Notes: generated from the letters alone by a model not told the origin. Counted from the whole stretch's first letter, positions 12,901 to 25,727 are shown. The stretch: DNA of 62,249 bases, filler included, from Kipferlia bialata (GCA_003568945.1; 4 parts of 3 records of this genome joined end to end with filler, not necessarily neighbours in it); one strand, 5' to 3'. Numbers and translations: made by a program.

Positions 12901-15900
12901 TCAGCCATACACCCTGATAGGGATGCGGTCTCTGCCCTAGAGGGGTCTCCTACCACAGCAGTACGCGACTGATAATACGGAGTGGCGTGAGTACACTCAC
13001 TCAACCCATGCTGTAGCACACTGAGTGTGCGAGGGTATGACACATGGACACCGTCTACGGATACATACACCTTGAGAGGCGTGATGGACCCACCGGATGC
13101 AGTGTAGGTGAGATCGGCAGCCTGCACCGACACAGAGTATGTGCCCTCAGAGGATACCATAGCAGTGCATGTCTCTCCCACACACAGCTGTACGTCAGCC
13201 TTGTCCGATGTGGCGTCTGCACCCATACTGTCTTTGAGAACGGCAGTGGCAGAGACAGTGCCATCAGCGTAGATGGCAAGGGGGTAGATTGACACGACAG
13301 TACTTTGGGAGATATAGTCTGCCACTGCTGCATCGATTGAGACGGGTGTCCCTGCTGCAGTGGAGTCAATGTATGCAGTGCACACACCAGAGCACGGCAC
13401 ACCAAACTCAAGAGAAATCGAGTACACATTGTCTCTGGTGTATGACATGTTGGTAGCCGTTAGGCCACACTCAGACGGGCAGGACAGGGTGACATGCTCA
13501 ATGTCTGCATCATCTACAGGCAAGTCATACTCGTCGTAGAGACTGAGGGTGGTTGTTACCACGCCTCCTACCGCTATGTCACTCGGCATAGTCAGGACAC
13601 AGTGGGCGGCATCCACTACCGGTGTGTGTGTGACGACTATGTCCATGGAGTGGGAGGTCAGCTGCGTGAACACGGTGGGCATCGTATCTGAATACTGGTA
13701 CGCGTAAAAGGTGGATACTGCTACCGTGTAGGTCTTGGGTGCATCCACTGCTTCAGTGACAGGGAGTGCACATGACACGTTCCGAATAGCTAGAGGCAGT
13801 GACCCCTCAGAGGAGCTGATGAGTGCGACATTGGCACTGCCTTCTACCACTGTGAACACAGTGCCCTCCGGCATATCTGACCCTGTAACGGTGGAGCCTG
13901 AAGGGCACTTCACCTTGGCCCTGTCCCATCTGATAGGGGCTGTATCCCCATATGTAGATGTAGGGAGCAGCATTGTGGATGCATCGAAGGAGGGGTTGGG
14001 GATAAGGGGCATTAGGGAGCCAACAGGGAGGAAAACGAGTAGGATATCCTCCCTATCAACCTTGATGAAGGGTGACAGTAGGGACATCGTGTAGGGTGAT
14101 GAGACGACACCAGTGCAGGAGACACCTGTAGTACCAGGAGAGCACACGCAGGTGGAAATGTCATCAGGAGCAGCAACGCACATAGAACCAGAAGCACAAG
14201 CCACACACGCTTGCGATCCCTCTACCACTCCGATATAGACCGTGATAGTACCATTAAGGGTCAGTGTGACATCAAGTGTCTCTCCTGGAACAGCTGTGTC
14301 TGGAATAGCCACTGGTATCGTGTAAGCAAAGGACTCCGTATCACAGTCACTGTGAGCAGTGGTGACCCCAGCAACTTCACTGTATATGGTACCCCCACAT
14401 CTAGGTGTGAGGTCGTCTGAGTCCAGGCCTGTGATGGTGAGGTTGATGGTATCCCCTGCCTGTCCCATCAGAGTATCGGCGTTGACAGATGCCAGGGAGG
14501 CATCAAGAGGGACAGCATCAAAGGGCAGGTACAGTGTCTTGGGAGACTGAGTCCCATCGATGGCCACTCTGCAGTACACCCCGGTATCTGTCTCAAGGGT
14601 ACCCACTATGTAGGTATCACTAGGTGCAGTGTAGACCCCAGTAGACCCATCCTGTTCTAGGGCTAGCACCTGATACCCAGAGTCACCGTCGAGTAGGCCC
14701 TCTGCCTCACCACAGTGTAGAGACACAGAGGTTGGGGAGGCAGCGGTGTAGCCAGAGAGGGTACCGGTTGCGTCTAGGTACTGCAGCTCAACAGTAGCGC
14801 CAGACAGAGATGTGCCTCTCAACACAGGTTCGTTGAAGGAGAGAGGGGTGGCTGACAGGTCGGAGAGCACACCTGCCGACATCACATAGCGTGTGGGTAG
14901 GGTTGCACTCTCCTCCACCCCATCCACTGTCCACACCACAGAGCCAGTCAGACTGATCTCCTCGGCATGGGGGGATGTACCGGTGATCTCCATACTCACT
15001 GTCTGTATGGCAAAGGGCAGTCCACTCCCACCTATCGGGCACTGCAGGGAGAAGGGTGCAGACCCAACAACACACGGGCTAGATAATGTCTCCAGGAAGG
15101 TAGTATCTACGCTGAGGGTACTGCCAGGCCCTGACTCCAGCTCGACAGTATACGTGTCAGCTGTAAACAACGACCCAGTTGCAGTTTCTAGAGTGTTCAG
15201 AGCAGGCAGTGTGGGCAGCATGGGCATTCCAATGAAGGGATACACCTCCGAGTGACCGTGCCGTGCATAGATCACTTCAGGTGCAAACCCATAGCCTATA
15301 GGGGTGGATTGGTAGGTGGGTGTGTCGCATGACTCCCCGGAGAGGGAAGGAGGGCAGAGAGAGAAGGGTCCACCTGCCCCAAGGTAGCAGCTGTCCGACA
15401 ACTCCTCACACCAGACACCAGCAGTGGTCTCCTGGAAGGCGGAGAAGTAGAGTGGCCACATTTCCTCACCACCGACCGTGAACACTACTTCTAACTCCTC
15501 AGACGTGTTGTCGAACTCAGCGGTATACACTGCGTCGTATCCTATCTGGGTCAGGTCAGGATCTGTCCAGGCTGCACAGGGGTTGTCGTACTGGTCTCTA
15601 CCCACAAGCAGAGCCGTCAGGGTTGTCTCACTCATGCCAGTCACCGTGACAAGCGAGTGGGATGCGTCGGGGTCATCACTCTGCACAGTGAAGGGCGTGT
15701 CCATGGATGGAAGACCCTCACCGAGCACGGAGAGACTGTACTCACCCGACTTGGTGCGGGTGTCTAGGATGGCCGCGTAAAATCCTTCAAAGAGATTGAT
15801 GTCAACACCTGGGTCAACCGATCCGTCTGGGTTGGTAAGCAGCAGAGAGATCCCTCCGGCCACATCCGAAATCATGTTGCCATACGTATCAGCCACACTC

Positions 15901-18874
15901 ATGAACGCTACTAGGCTGTATCTGCCACTTCCAGCCACGAACCCATCGATGTCAATTATATCGACCACCTCATCCAAGGCCAAGAGAGAGAGGGTGCAGT
16001 CAGCGGGTGAAATGGAACCTGGAGACACCACGAGGACTGGAGCCAAGTCCTGGCAGTTGTGGTCAGCGTAGTCATCAGGAACAGGCCCAGAAGTGCCATA
16101 ACAGAACTGGAACTCATAGTCTTCATAGGAACTGACGGTAAAGATATCGGTTGCCACTGCATAGACTGAAAGGTCGTCTGGGTCCTGGGCCATCTCGACA
16201 TACACGACCTCTCCTTGAGTCTCAGAGGTGGGTGTGTATGTGTCTGGGTGCTTGGTCACCAGGATCACGTAGGAGAAGGAGTCAGCGGTGACACCGCCAC
16301 AGTAACCGTCGATACGGAGCTCAATAGAGAGCATGTCACCTGCCACTATAGCTGGGGTGAGAAGAGGCAGCGGTGTAACATGTTGTGTCAGCAAATGACA
16401 ATACTGTATTGGTATATACCTCCGTCAGTGTTGGGATACCCATCCCCGAATGTGAGGGTGGAAAAGTCTAGCTGCTGGGAAGACTCCTTATAGAACTGAG
16501 TGAACAGGTCTGGGTAGTACATGGTGCCATCTACGGAGACGGTGAAAGCGTATAACCCCTCGTCCGTGAACTCTGAGGCTGGGGATGTATATAGATAATG
16601 TCCAGCGGTGTATCCAGGGGACATATCGAATGGACCCACAGGGTCAGACATCGGAGTGGAGGCCGGAGCCAGCTGAGAGTTAGATGTGTATATGAGAGGG
16701 GACAAGAGATACCACCGACCTGAACGTTCTCCTGGCCAGTTACTGGGTTGCCATACTGGTCGTATAGGATGCAGGTAAAGGTCACGCTGGAGCATATGCC
16801 AGTGCCGCCAAAGGCGCCAAGCAGTGACTCATAGGTCGTGTAGGGGGAGCTGTCCTCGCGGAAGTAGTAGGATGGATCAACGTCCCCGGCCAGAACAGTG
16901 ACGGAGTGGGTCAGAGAGGGGACAGCCTCTTTGTTTACCAAAAGAGTAACGTCCACCGTCCCAGCTTTGGTATGTGACACAAACACCTCTGAACTGGGGT
17001 AAGAGGTTGACTATAGTATGAAGACCCCACTAGTATAACCAAGTTAGGTGTAGATGGAACTCCACAGTACCTGTAGTGTCCCAGTGCCAGTATGCATAGA
17101 TGCCAGATCCATATATACACATACTGTATGGTATATACACAATATACATACCTGTAGTGTCCCGGTGTCCCATCAGTCTCGAGGGGCTCATACGTGGTGA
17201 CCCCGTCCAGGGTGAGTGACACATGGACGTCCTGAATGATGGGGTACCCGTCCAGATCAATGAGGGTACAGTCGATGGACACGTATCCTCCAAGCTCCAC
17301 CTCCTCGGGTGTGACTGAGAGAGAGGACTGGTCCCCAGCTGCACTAGCAGGAATGGATAGGGAGAGGGGTGTGGGGGATGGGGACCCATCTATGAGCACC
17401 CTACACACCACACGGGTGTCCATATCTCCAGGAGTGTATGTGTCCGTCGTGGCCGTGTAGACACCAGTGTCCCCAACTTGCTCCATGGACAGTATCGTGT
17501 AGCTGTCCACCACATCAAGAGCAGCCTCGGTTCCAGCACAGTGTAGAGACACAGAGGTGGGGGTATCAGCCGTGTAGCCAGAGAGTGTGCCAGTACTGTC
17601 CAGGTACTGTAACTCCACACTGGCCCCTGTGAGGACAGCCTCCCTCAACACAACCTCCTCATTGAAGGAGAGAGAGGTCAGGTGCGATATCACACCAGCA
17701 GACACCACTGTCTTAGTCAGCGTCTCCACACCACTATCGTCTCCCCCCACAGACCATGACATTGCAGTAGAGAGCTCAATCTCCTGGGCATGGGGTGACA
17801 CACTGGTGATGTCCATCCTCACAAGCTGCAAGGCTGCAGAGAGGGTGTTGCCTCCAATGGGGCATGTGAGAGAGAGGGGACCGGTACCAACAGTACAGAG
17901 GCCGGGTAGGTTGTCCAGAGCTGCAGCGTCGATGCTGATTGTGGCCCCGTCTCCACACTCTAAGGATACAGTATAGGAGTCCGCCATATACTTGTCCCCG
18001 TCCTCCAACACATATGCCATATCATCATCGTAAAGGCCAAGGGGAATGGACGGGAGTAGGGGCATCTCAAGGAACGGGTATACCTGAGTGACACCACTCG
18101 ATATGTATACTAACTCTGGGGCATAGCCAAACCCTAAGGGGGACTCCAAGAAGGTAGGAGTAGTGCAAGGCAACCCTGAGAGATAGGGGGGGCACAAGGT
18201 ATAGTCGCTGGCGACGCCACTGTAGCAGAATCCCCCATACCAGACAGCATCCCCTATAGCCTCCTCATCCCAGTACCCACCCTGACACCCTGTGCCGCTC
18301 TCAGCTGCCTTGTGCAGGTGTATCTCCAGGGGAGCCATAGCTTCACCCCCTACCTCCAGGGACACCAGGACGACATCGCCAGCTGTCTCATACACACCCT
18401 TGAATACTGCGTAATCACTCTCCATTCCGACCATGGACCACGAGGGGTCACCCACTAGAGCCACGGGTGCCAGAGACAGGTCCTGGGACACCATATCATT
18501 CTGGTCCCTGCCCACAAGCAGCACAGTGACAGATGTCTCGGTGACACTGGCCACACTGAGGAGAGAGTGGGCGGCGTCTGCGGCAGTGATCACCTTGAGG
18601 CTCTGTTGCAGCCCATACCACTCGCAGTCATAGACAGAGGTAGTGGGTATGTCACCCCCCAGACCCAGACACAGTTGGACCTCATAGTGCCCACCTATCT
18701 GGAAGAGTTCGGTGTCAGCAGTGTACCTCTCTAGGTCCGATGTGTCCTGGGTCAGATCTACATACTGTATGTCTGACCCCTCTGGCTGGTACACTACCCA
18801 CATGACCGCGTAGGAGAAGGAGGACTCTGTCACTGTGCCACAGAGGCCCTGGACCCTTACGTCCATGTGCAGGA
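3937..18874 (-). CDS. Giant polycystin-1-like cell-surface protein (Ig/invasin-filamin-like, cadherin-like and EGF repeats, PKD/REJ region, GPS site, 5 TM); 5' end lost toward the gap
   Basis: The ORFs join through GT-AG introns (e.g. 16419-16352, 6001-5941, 4580-4487). Seen: D-x-[YF]-G-N Ig motifs, three EGF-like Cys clusters, REJ-like YLWSQTGG..GPISGTLSVS..STSGW..PLTFAF, GPS WNGTAWSEEGI..THFTSF, and PKD1-type membrane motifs HDWISI..PPRRLTCLVVLLAGIMLGNALFF, SLIAIPPSTALRFLFKR and LLYALQF..W..FVQDAFVTDPLK. Confidence 0.8.
14530..18870 (-). repeat. Large intragenic duplication (~500-600 aa module, two copies) in the polycystin-like ectodomain
   Basis: Collinear paired blocks: GLCGTVTESSFSY / GYCGGVTADSFSY; LLVGRDQ in both; LCPPYLSGLPCTTP / LCPPSLSGESCDTP; VELQYLDSTGTLSGYTADTPTSVSLHC / VELQYLDATGTLSGYTAASPTSVSLHC. 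Boundaries approximate. Confidence 0.85.
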
Positions 18875-19164
18875 CTGGGGTGAGGAATGTGGATCTGTAA
18901 GGGTATATATATGGAATATGTATACATGCAATAATGTATGTGTCTCATACTATACATACATTCACGTGTAGGGCTGGGATGAGGTATCTAGAAATGCAAA
19001 TAGTATATGTATATGTATACACTATTTTCTTATATATATACATAAGAGTACTATAATAGTATTTCCTATATATGTCCATGTATATACCAATGCAGAGAGA
19101 GAGGGAGGGAGGGGGGAGGGAGGGGGGGGGGGGGGGGGGGGTTTTCCTTCGCTTGGGGTGTGGT

Positions 19165-19758
19165 NNNNNNNNNNNNNNNNNNNNNNNNNNNNNNNNNNNN
19201 NNNNNNNNNNNNNNNNNNNNNNNNNNNNNNNNNNNNNNNNNNNNNNNNNNNNNNNNNNNNNNNNNNNNNNNNNNNNNNNNNNNNNNNNNNNNNNNNNNNN
19301 NNNNNNNNNNNNNNNNNNNNNNNNNNNNNNNNNNNNNNNNNNNNNNNNNNNNNNNNNNNNNNNNNNNNNNNNNNNNNNNNNNNNNNNNNNNNNNNNNNNN
19401 NNNNNNNNNNNNNNNNNNNNNNNNNNNNNNNNNNNNNNNNNNNNNNNNNNNNNNNNNNNNNNNNNNNNNNNNNNNNNNNNNNNNNNNNNNNNNNNNNNNN
19501 NNNNNNNNNNNNNNNNNNNNNNNNNNNNNNNNNNNNNNNNNNNNNNNNNNNNNNNNNNNNNNNNNNNNNNNNNNNNNNNNNNNNNNNNNNNNNNNNNNNN
19601 NNNNNNNNNNNNNNNNNNNNNNNNNNNNNNNNNNNNNNNNNNNNNNNNNNNNNNNNNNNNNNNNNNNNNNNNNNNNNNNNNNNNNNNNNNNNNNNNNNNN
19701 NNNNNNNNNNNNNNNNNNNNNNNNNNNNNNNNNNNNNNNNNNNNNNNNNNNNNNNNNN
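19165..19758. other. Scaffold gap (594 N) flanked by G-rich runs
   Basis: Run of N seen directly. Confidence 0.99.
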
Positions 19759-19863
19759 GGGGGGGGGAGAAGAGAGAGAGTTGGTAGTATGTATGAAGTG
19801 TGAGAGTGATGGGGGGAGGGGAGGGAGGGGGAAAGGGGAGTACACATAGACAAGAGCCCACAC

Positions 19864-20195
19864 CTCCGCTCGACCACCATATCTGCCCCTCTGTTCGCAA
19901 TATCAGTCCCGTGCTGCGCCATACCCTCTATGGGGCATGGGAGTTGGGACACCAGCCACCCCATCTGCTGCTGAGAGAGAGGTAGGGAGCTCTGGTACAG
20001 GGGCCTGGGGGGTATGAAGGCAGGGGGAGGGGGTCTCTGGGGGCCAGGACTACCAGCTCTGGACGGTGCCTGGGAGGGGTAGGCAGATCCCCTAGGAGTG
20101 TGGTCTCTGGAAGGGGGCGCTGGCCTCATGCTCCCCCTAGGGGTACCCCCCCTGTCTTTCTCCATCTCGTCCTTGTAGCTGAAGGAGCTCAGCAT
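19864..20195 (-). CDS. Pro/Arg/Ser-rich exon of an unknown gene running into the gap
   Basis: Open frame MLSSFSYKDEMEKDRGGTPRGS...ADMVVER ends at a GTGTGG donor before a pyrimidine tract. No signal peptide, so a link to the polycystin-like gene is not supported. Confidence 0.4.
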
Positions 20196-20562
20196 ACCTG
20201 ACTATACAGACTAGACAGACTCTCTCTCAGCTTACTACTGGCTACCCTTGGTTGATGATTACCCTACTGGCAGGTGTGTGTTTGGCCTTGGGTCTCGGTG
20301 CCTCCTGTAGGTTGGCACAAAAGAAGACGACGGTAGATCTGCTAGCCTCAGTGCCTTAGAGACTAAACGGCTCCGAATCATTTTCGGACTCTCCGATATC
20401 CACTCAGTAGTAGACTCTCTTCATCTCACAAATTGCCACCCTACCGAAGATCTATTGTTCCCACACATAGCTCTCAGTAGTCGCTGAGAGAATCGTGTGT
20501 AGCCGTAAAGGGTACCATTCTTGTTGGACAGCCGAGAACCACAGCGCCCACCTTTGGGACGC

Positions 20563-23500
20563 TCACATGCACTTGGAGGGGTCGACGTATCCCTTCTCAT
20601 GCTTCCTGAGAGTCTCTTCAAGCAGAGATCTGATGTAGTAGGGGTGCTTCTCGTCACTAACGATGCCCCGGAAGGCATCAATCACGAGGGTGAGTAGGTT
20701 CTCCACGGTAAAGGTGGAGTGACCTGGGAACAGCTGCATGTTACGATACTTGGCCTGGCAGAGCTTAAACCCAACGGACTCCAGAAGTATTGTGGCACCC
20801 TCGATTGAGTCGTAGTTGAACTGGTAGTCGAAAGCCTCGTCCACCTTGTAGATCTCCTCTCCGAAGGTGTCTGCGAACTGCTGGATGTGGTGGACGGTGT
20901 GGAAGGGGGGGACCTGCACCTTGCCCTTCTGGGCCTGGGCCCTCAGGGCGGCCATGGATCCACTGGACAGGATATCGTGATTGATATAGCGGTGCACTGC
21001 ATGTGTAAGCACTGGTTGTAGAGCCAGGGTGCAGAGGCAGGTACTTGTCACAACCCGACAGGCCAGGAAGTTGTGGTTGAAGAGGGTTCCGATGAATCTG
21101 ATGTTACCGAAAAAGTGCTGCCTGGAGCGGAGACGGCGGTGTTGGTTCTCTGCCTCTGAGACAGAGTCGTCAGAAAGGAGAATAGTATCCATAAGGGCCA
21201 TGTTCTTGAACTCTCTCTTGGTGTAGTTGACAATGTGCTGCTTGAGCCGGATAAAGGATATCTCATGAAGAATAAGGGGGTTGGCACTGGTTCCCTCCCC
21301 AGGCTCAAGCAAAGCTTTCAGGCGCCAAATATACTCTGTTACCTGAAGAGTCAGATGGTTGTGTCAACACCACTGACTCAAGTCAGATGTGAAGTGATAC
21401 AGACAAAGACATACACACACATCGTGTCACCGTATACCGGCTGACTAATCCTTCCAAACAACACATACCGCTTGCTGACGTTCGGGGTTACAGATGCGCC
21501 GGTTGGATGTTGACTCGGCCATTGCCTTGCCCAGCGCCCTCTCTAATCTGGTCTTCGTGGCTGTCAGCTCGTGTTGGAAGCCATGGAAGAATGGGGGAAA
21601 GCCGCCGTCGCTGCTGGTGTACTCGTCAGGGAAGACGGCTAGAAAATCTCTTCTGTCCTTGAGTTTTCTGAGCAGCAGTCCATATAGGTGGGAGGACGCA
21701 CTCTTGCGACATGCTTTTTCATATATGGCCTCGGCTAACTGCTTCACCATGAGCTGGCTCTCGGTAAGGGGCACAGAGCTTCCTTGAGAGGGGTCAACCA
21801 TGCGTGCGAAAAGGGTAACAATACGACTGCAGCTCTCGTCCAGTGACTTAGGGGTCAGTCTGTTGATCGGGCGCAGGCTGAAACTTATCTCTGCCATGGG
21901 ATCCCTGATGGCCTGACATACTGGGGACTCAAGCCTCATGGTGGTAGAGGGCATCTTAGTGCTGTCTTCTACAATACTCTCTCTGGTGACGCTGCTAACC
22001 CCCTCCTCTCTCTTTACTATCTCTCTTCCATCCAATCCGCTCTCTAGGGTCTCAAGGCGCTGTTCTATGAGGCTGAGCCTCACTTTTACTCGCTTGCGTC
22101 TCTCTCTAACGGTCCTCCTCATAACGACCTCGGGTCCAAGCACAATAGTCTCACCATTGCGTAAACCTGGTGTTGATATGATCACATATACAATAAGTCC
22201 TGTTCAGAAGTGGTACTGACCCCAGACTCTAAAGTCTCACTCTCTGACACATACCGGGCCGTACTGTTATGAACTCGTAGCTTGTCACGTTGGACGGCCC
22301 TGTTGCTGCCACCTCTTCGGCACCGTCCTCTATCCACCCGTTACTTAGGCACTGGTATAGCTGGGCATATCCACTTGGTGAACGAGGTGTTGTGCAGATC
22401 TAGGCGTACACCAATGATCACTTACCTCTCTAGGTCAGACTTGACTTCCTTCGGGGTTGGGTGGTACACAGAGTACCCAATCACATACACTTGGTACAGG
22501 CAGAGTCTACACATGAGAAACAAGGTACACGATGAATTGTATCCGTCACGCACAAACCAAAAGAGACAATAGTATAGCTACCATTCTAATACTGTACCTT
22601 GCTGAAGCCAGGATCTTTCCAGCAACATCAGCGTGGTCTTCCATGTATGGCGAGAGCACTGCTTCCAGCCGGGTAGTGTAGGCAGCATCCCTGTCGAGTA
22701 CACCAGAACGTATGGGGACGGAAGACTTGGGGGAAGTCAGCATACCCATGACTGCCTGTCTCTGTTCCATGTGGGAGGGGGAGGTCGGGATGCACCGTGC
22801 TACATTGAGGAGGGACTCGCACTCAGGGGGCATGAGTGGTATCTGTGCACTGTCGTCCTTGAGGGAAAGGTAGTCCTCTAACACGGCATACACCTGCACC
22901 TCTAACCCCTTAGCGAGGTCGGACTTCCTAGACAGGACCCCGGGTGATGAAGTCACATCTGCCCACTGTCTGACAAGCTTGGTCCATAGATCGGAGCCAC
23001 GTGTGATTGCCCTCATACCCTGGTGGTACCAATGTACCAAGATTAATAGTCAACGAGATAGAGGTCAATTGGTGTGTGTTTCTAAGTCATATTGACACTG
23101 TCTATACCATGCCTGAAACCCACCTTGCTTCCCTTAATACTGCTGGACACCTTGCTGCATAGACCGTAACGGAAGGCGATGGTAACTGACATTGGTGTGA
23201 GAGGCCCCGTTGCAGCTGCTCTCTGACATGAGAAAGCGTCAACAGAAGCTGCATCGTACCAGTGGGATAGAGTATGTGAGTAGTTTCATTAGCAAGTACT
23301 GGCCAGGTATACTGTTGATACCTTCTCTTGATATCCACCACTGATACCAAGTGGCAATAGGGCGGGTGTGGGCTGGGGCTTCTTGCTGTCCTTATGTCTC
23401 TTCTCCAGGGCACTAATGGCAGTATGAAGACTCGCTTCTGAGGAAGCACTATCAGCTTCTGCCTTCTGCAGCTGTCTCTGAAGGTTACCCACCCTTGTCT

Positions 23501-25583
23501 CGTGGTCACTATCACCACGTTGTCTCCCTTGTCTAAGTGTGGCCACCAAGCGTTTCTCCTTCTGTAGCTGCCTATTAGCAGCTGTACTGGCTTCTCTGGC
23601 CTTTTGGAGCCGTCCCTCAAGGTCTGTTACTCTGTTCTTTAGGCCACTCTCAGCATGCTGTCTCTCGTTCTGAAGTGTGGCAACCAGGAGTTGTTCCTTA
23701 CGAAGCTCCCTATCAACAACAGTACGAGCCTCTCTTGCCATCTGAAGCTGTCCCTCAAGGTCTCTCAGTCTGTTCTTTAGGTTACGCTCAGCACGTTGCC
23801 TTTCGTCCAGAAGCGTGATTATTGACACTCTCTCCTTGTGCAGCTGCCTGTTAACAACCCTATGTGCAGACTGTGCCCTCAGGAGCTGTCTCCGGAGCAT
23901 ATTCGGAGGGGTGGTCTCGGGGTGTGACTCAGCTGTAGACACAAGGATAGAGGGGTCTTTGGCATGAAGGTATGTACCCAGCACTACGGCTAAGGCCGGG
24001 TCTGGAAGTAAGTGATTGGGTGGGCACACAACCATGGTGTTGGAAAGAGGAACAGACGTCATTCAGTGCACATACCAACATGATGCGCTAGAGTACCTAA
24101 GAAGTGCGCTACAGCTCCAGTCCTCCCGTCGTAGCCAGAGATAGCACGGTCCATAATGAACTGGGATCTGAAGAAGCCTCCAACGAGCACGGTCCTGTCC
24201 ACATTGAGACCTGGTGCCATCACTTCCTCTATGGCAGATTGGACCGCAGCCAGGTGAGGCTTGTATATGGAGAGCACGTCTGAGAGGGAGAGGAGGATGC
24301 CATCGTCCTCGTCAAGCTGGTCTTGCATCTCTTCACTGAGCTTCGAGAGGATCTTACTTGGAATCTGACATCAGAGAGCCGATCTTTACGCACACAAACA
24401 TGCCAACTCATGAATTGTATTAACGAGAAATACTGATGTGTACGTTTAGGCAGCCCACGTATATGATTGGGGTACAATACCTCTATGACGAGTCCGTCCT
24501 CCAGAGCGTCGAGCGATAGTCCCTTCTTCTCTATGTGCCACTGCGCCATGATTCCCCGGACACTCCTAGGCTTAGCTGCCATAGCCTCCTCAGCTCCAGC
24601 CCCGAGGTGTGTCGTGATGTGCCTCAGGAACACAGAGTCCACAGTATCCTTGGCTGGGACAACCACGCGGTGTGTAGCGTCAGTGGATAGGGTGGTTACC
24701 CCCTCTGCATATCCCTCAACCACTCTCATGCGGGTCGCCTCTACGCCCTCCCCTCCAGCATCCACTACCAACAGACTCTGCCCAACGAGCAGGGCACCAC
24801 GGGCTAGGGCTGCGGCCTCAGTCTCCAGAAGCAGAGACAGCCGTAAGTCAGAGGGACGTGGTACCAACCCAGCCATGCATGCTGCCTGTCGTACAGTGTG
24901 GTTGGACGAGGGGGACCACCGGGAGGGAACAGCAATCTCCCTGGAGTAATTACGGAACAAGAGTAATTGACATTTTAGTATGCGTGTAGGGGCACTACGC
25001 ATTGAAGTATACGTTATGAAAAGAGTGATATACGTGATTACACCCACCATGTGGCTGTGTCCAGCGTGTACAGTCCCTGCCACTGCCGCGTGACCTTCTT
25101 GTGCACCACCTCCTTGAGGTATCTAAGCCAGTCAGCCAGTATATCCCCTGCGGACAGACCTGGGACAGGGGGAGGGGGGGCAGGGTCAGCCGTAGGGTCG
25201 AGCAGTAGCTTGAACATGGACACATGTACACTGCTCTCATCGCTGGTAGCCTGGGAAGAGGTGTGTCCCCACTTGACAGGGTAGTACACCCCCTCTCTAC
25301 AGCTGTATGTCATGTGGGATGGGACCTTCCCATAGGGGCTGGGCTGGCCTGACCAGCTGTCATACACCTGTCGGTAAGTGGCAGTCATAGAAACACGAGA
25401 AAACATATCTAGGTAGGGTGGCGGGGGGTGGGGGTGGGAGTATTGTAGTCTGTGTCTCACCTCTACTCGGCCTTCGGTTGACAGGCTCACTGCCACCGCA
25501 CTGCAATGGGTCCCGATGTCCAGCCCGATACACAGGTGCACACCCTTTGTCGTGGCTGACACAGCCTGTGTTGGCTCTGGCAT
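20563..25583 (-). CDS. Fusion protein, ~1349 aa, 11 exons: degenerate HSPA12-type Hsp70 ATPase domain + coiled-coil repeats + possible GrpE/GIL1-like domain + eIF4G-type MIF4G domain
   Basis: Exons 25583-25461, 25367-25048, 24940-24481, 24364-24097, 24001-23322, 23222-23124, 23019-22598, 22506-22426, 22373-22255, 22166-21469 and 21342-20563 splice in frame. Hsp70-12 motifs: IGLDIGT, KVPSHMTY..KWG, FKLLL, ADWLRYL, WEIAVPSRW, ETEAAA, VVDAGG, LVGGF, AVVLG. MIF4G motifs: INRLTPKSLD, AIYEKA, FGNIRFIGTLF, IEGATILLESVG, IRSLLEE. Confidence 0.7.
23439..23852 (-). repeat. Three tandem 46-aa (138-bp) coiled-coil repeats
   Basis: NRQLHKERVS..LKNRLRDLEGQLQMAREA / DRELRKEQLL..LKNRVTDLEGRLQKAREA / NRQLQKEKRL..ETRVGNLQRQLQKAEAD. 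Confidence 0.85.
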
Positions 25584-25727
25584 CCCAAGTGGGACAGTGT
25601 TAGAGAAAGGTTACCCGATCATCAGCTGGCCCTAATACAATGATACCGGCCTCTTGTCAACAGTTTACGTGATCATCAAGGACTTCACTACACTCCCCTC
25701 TAGGCTATAGAGACAGCACTACCAGTG

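Noticed and set aside
16352..17150. Frameshifts or pseudogenisation in the polycystin-like gene
   Set aside because: Each frame change is explained by a GT-AG intron that restores the frame.
4605..18633. Numerous plus-strand ORFs of 60-190 aa overlapping the giant gene
   Set aside because: Antisense shadows of a long coding frame; no motifs or independent splice signals.
19022..19900. ORFs of 200-300 aa spanning the N run
   Set aside because: Artefacts of translating N; no sequence support.
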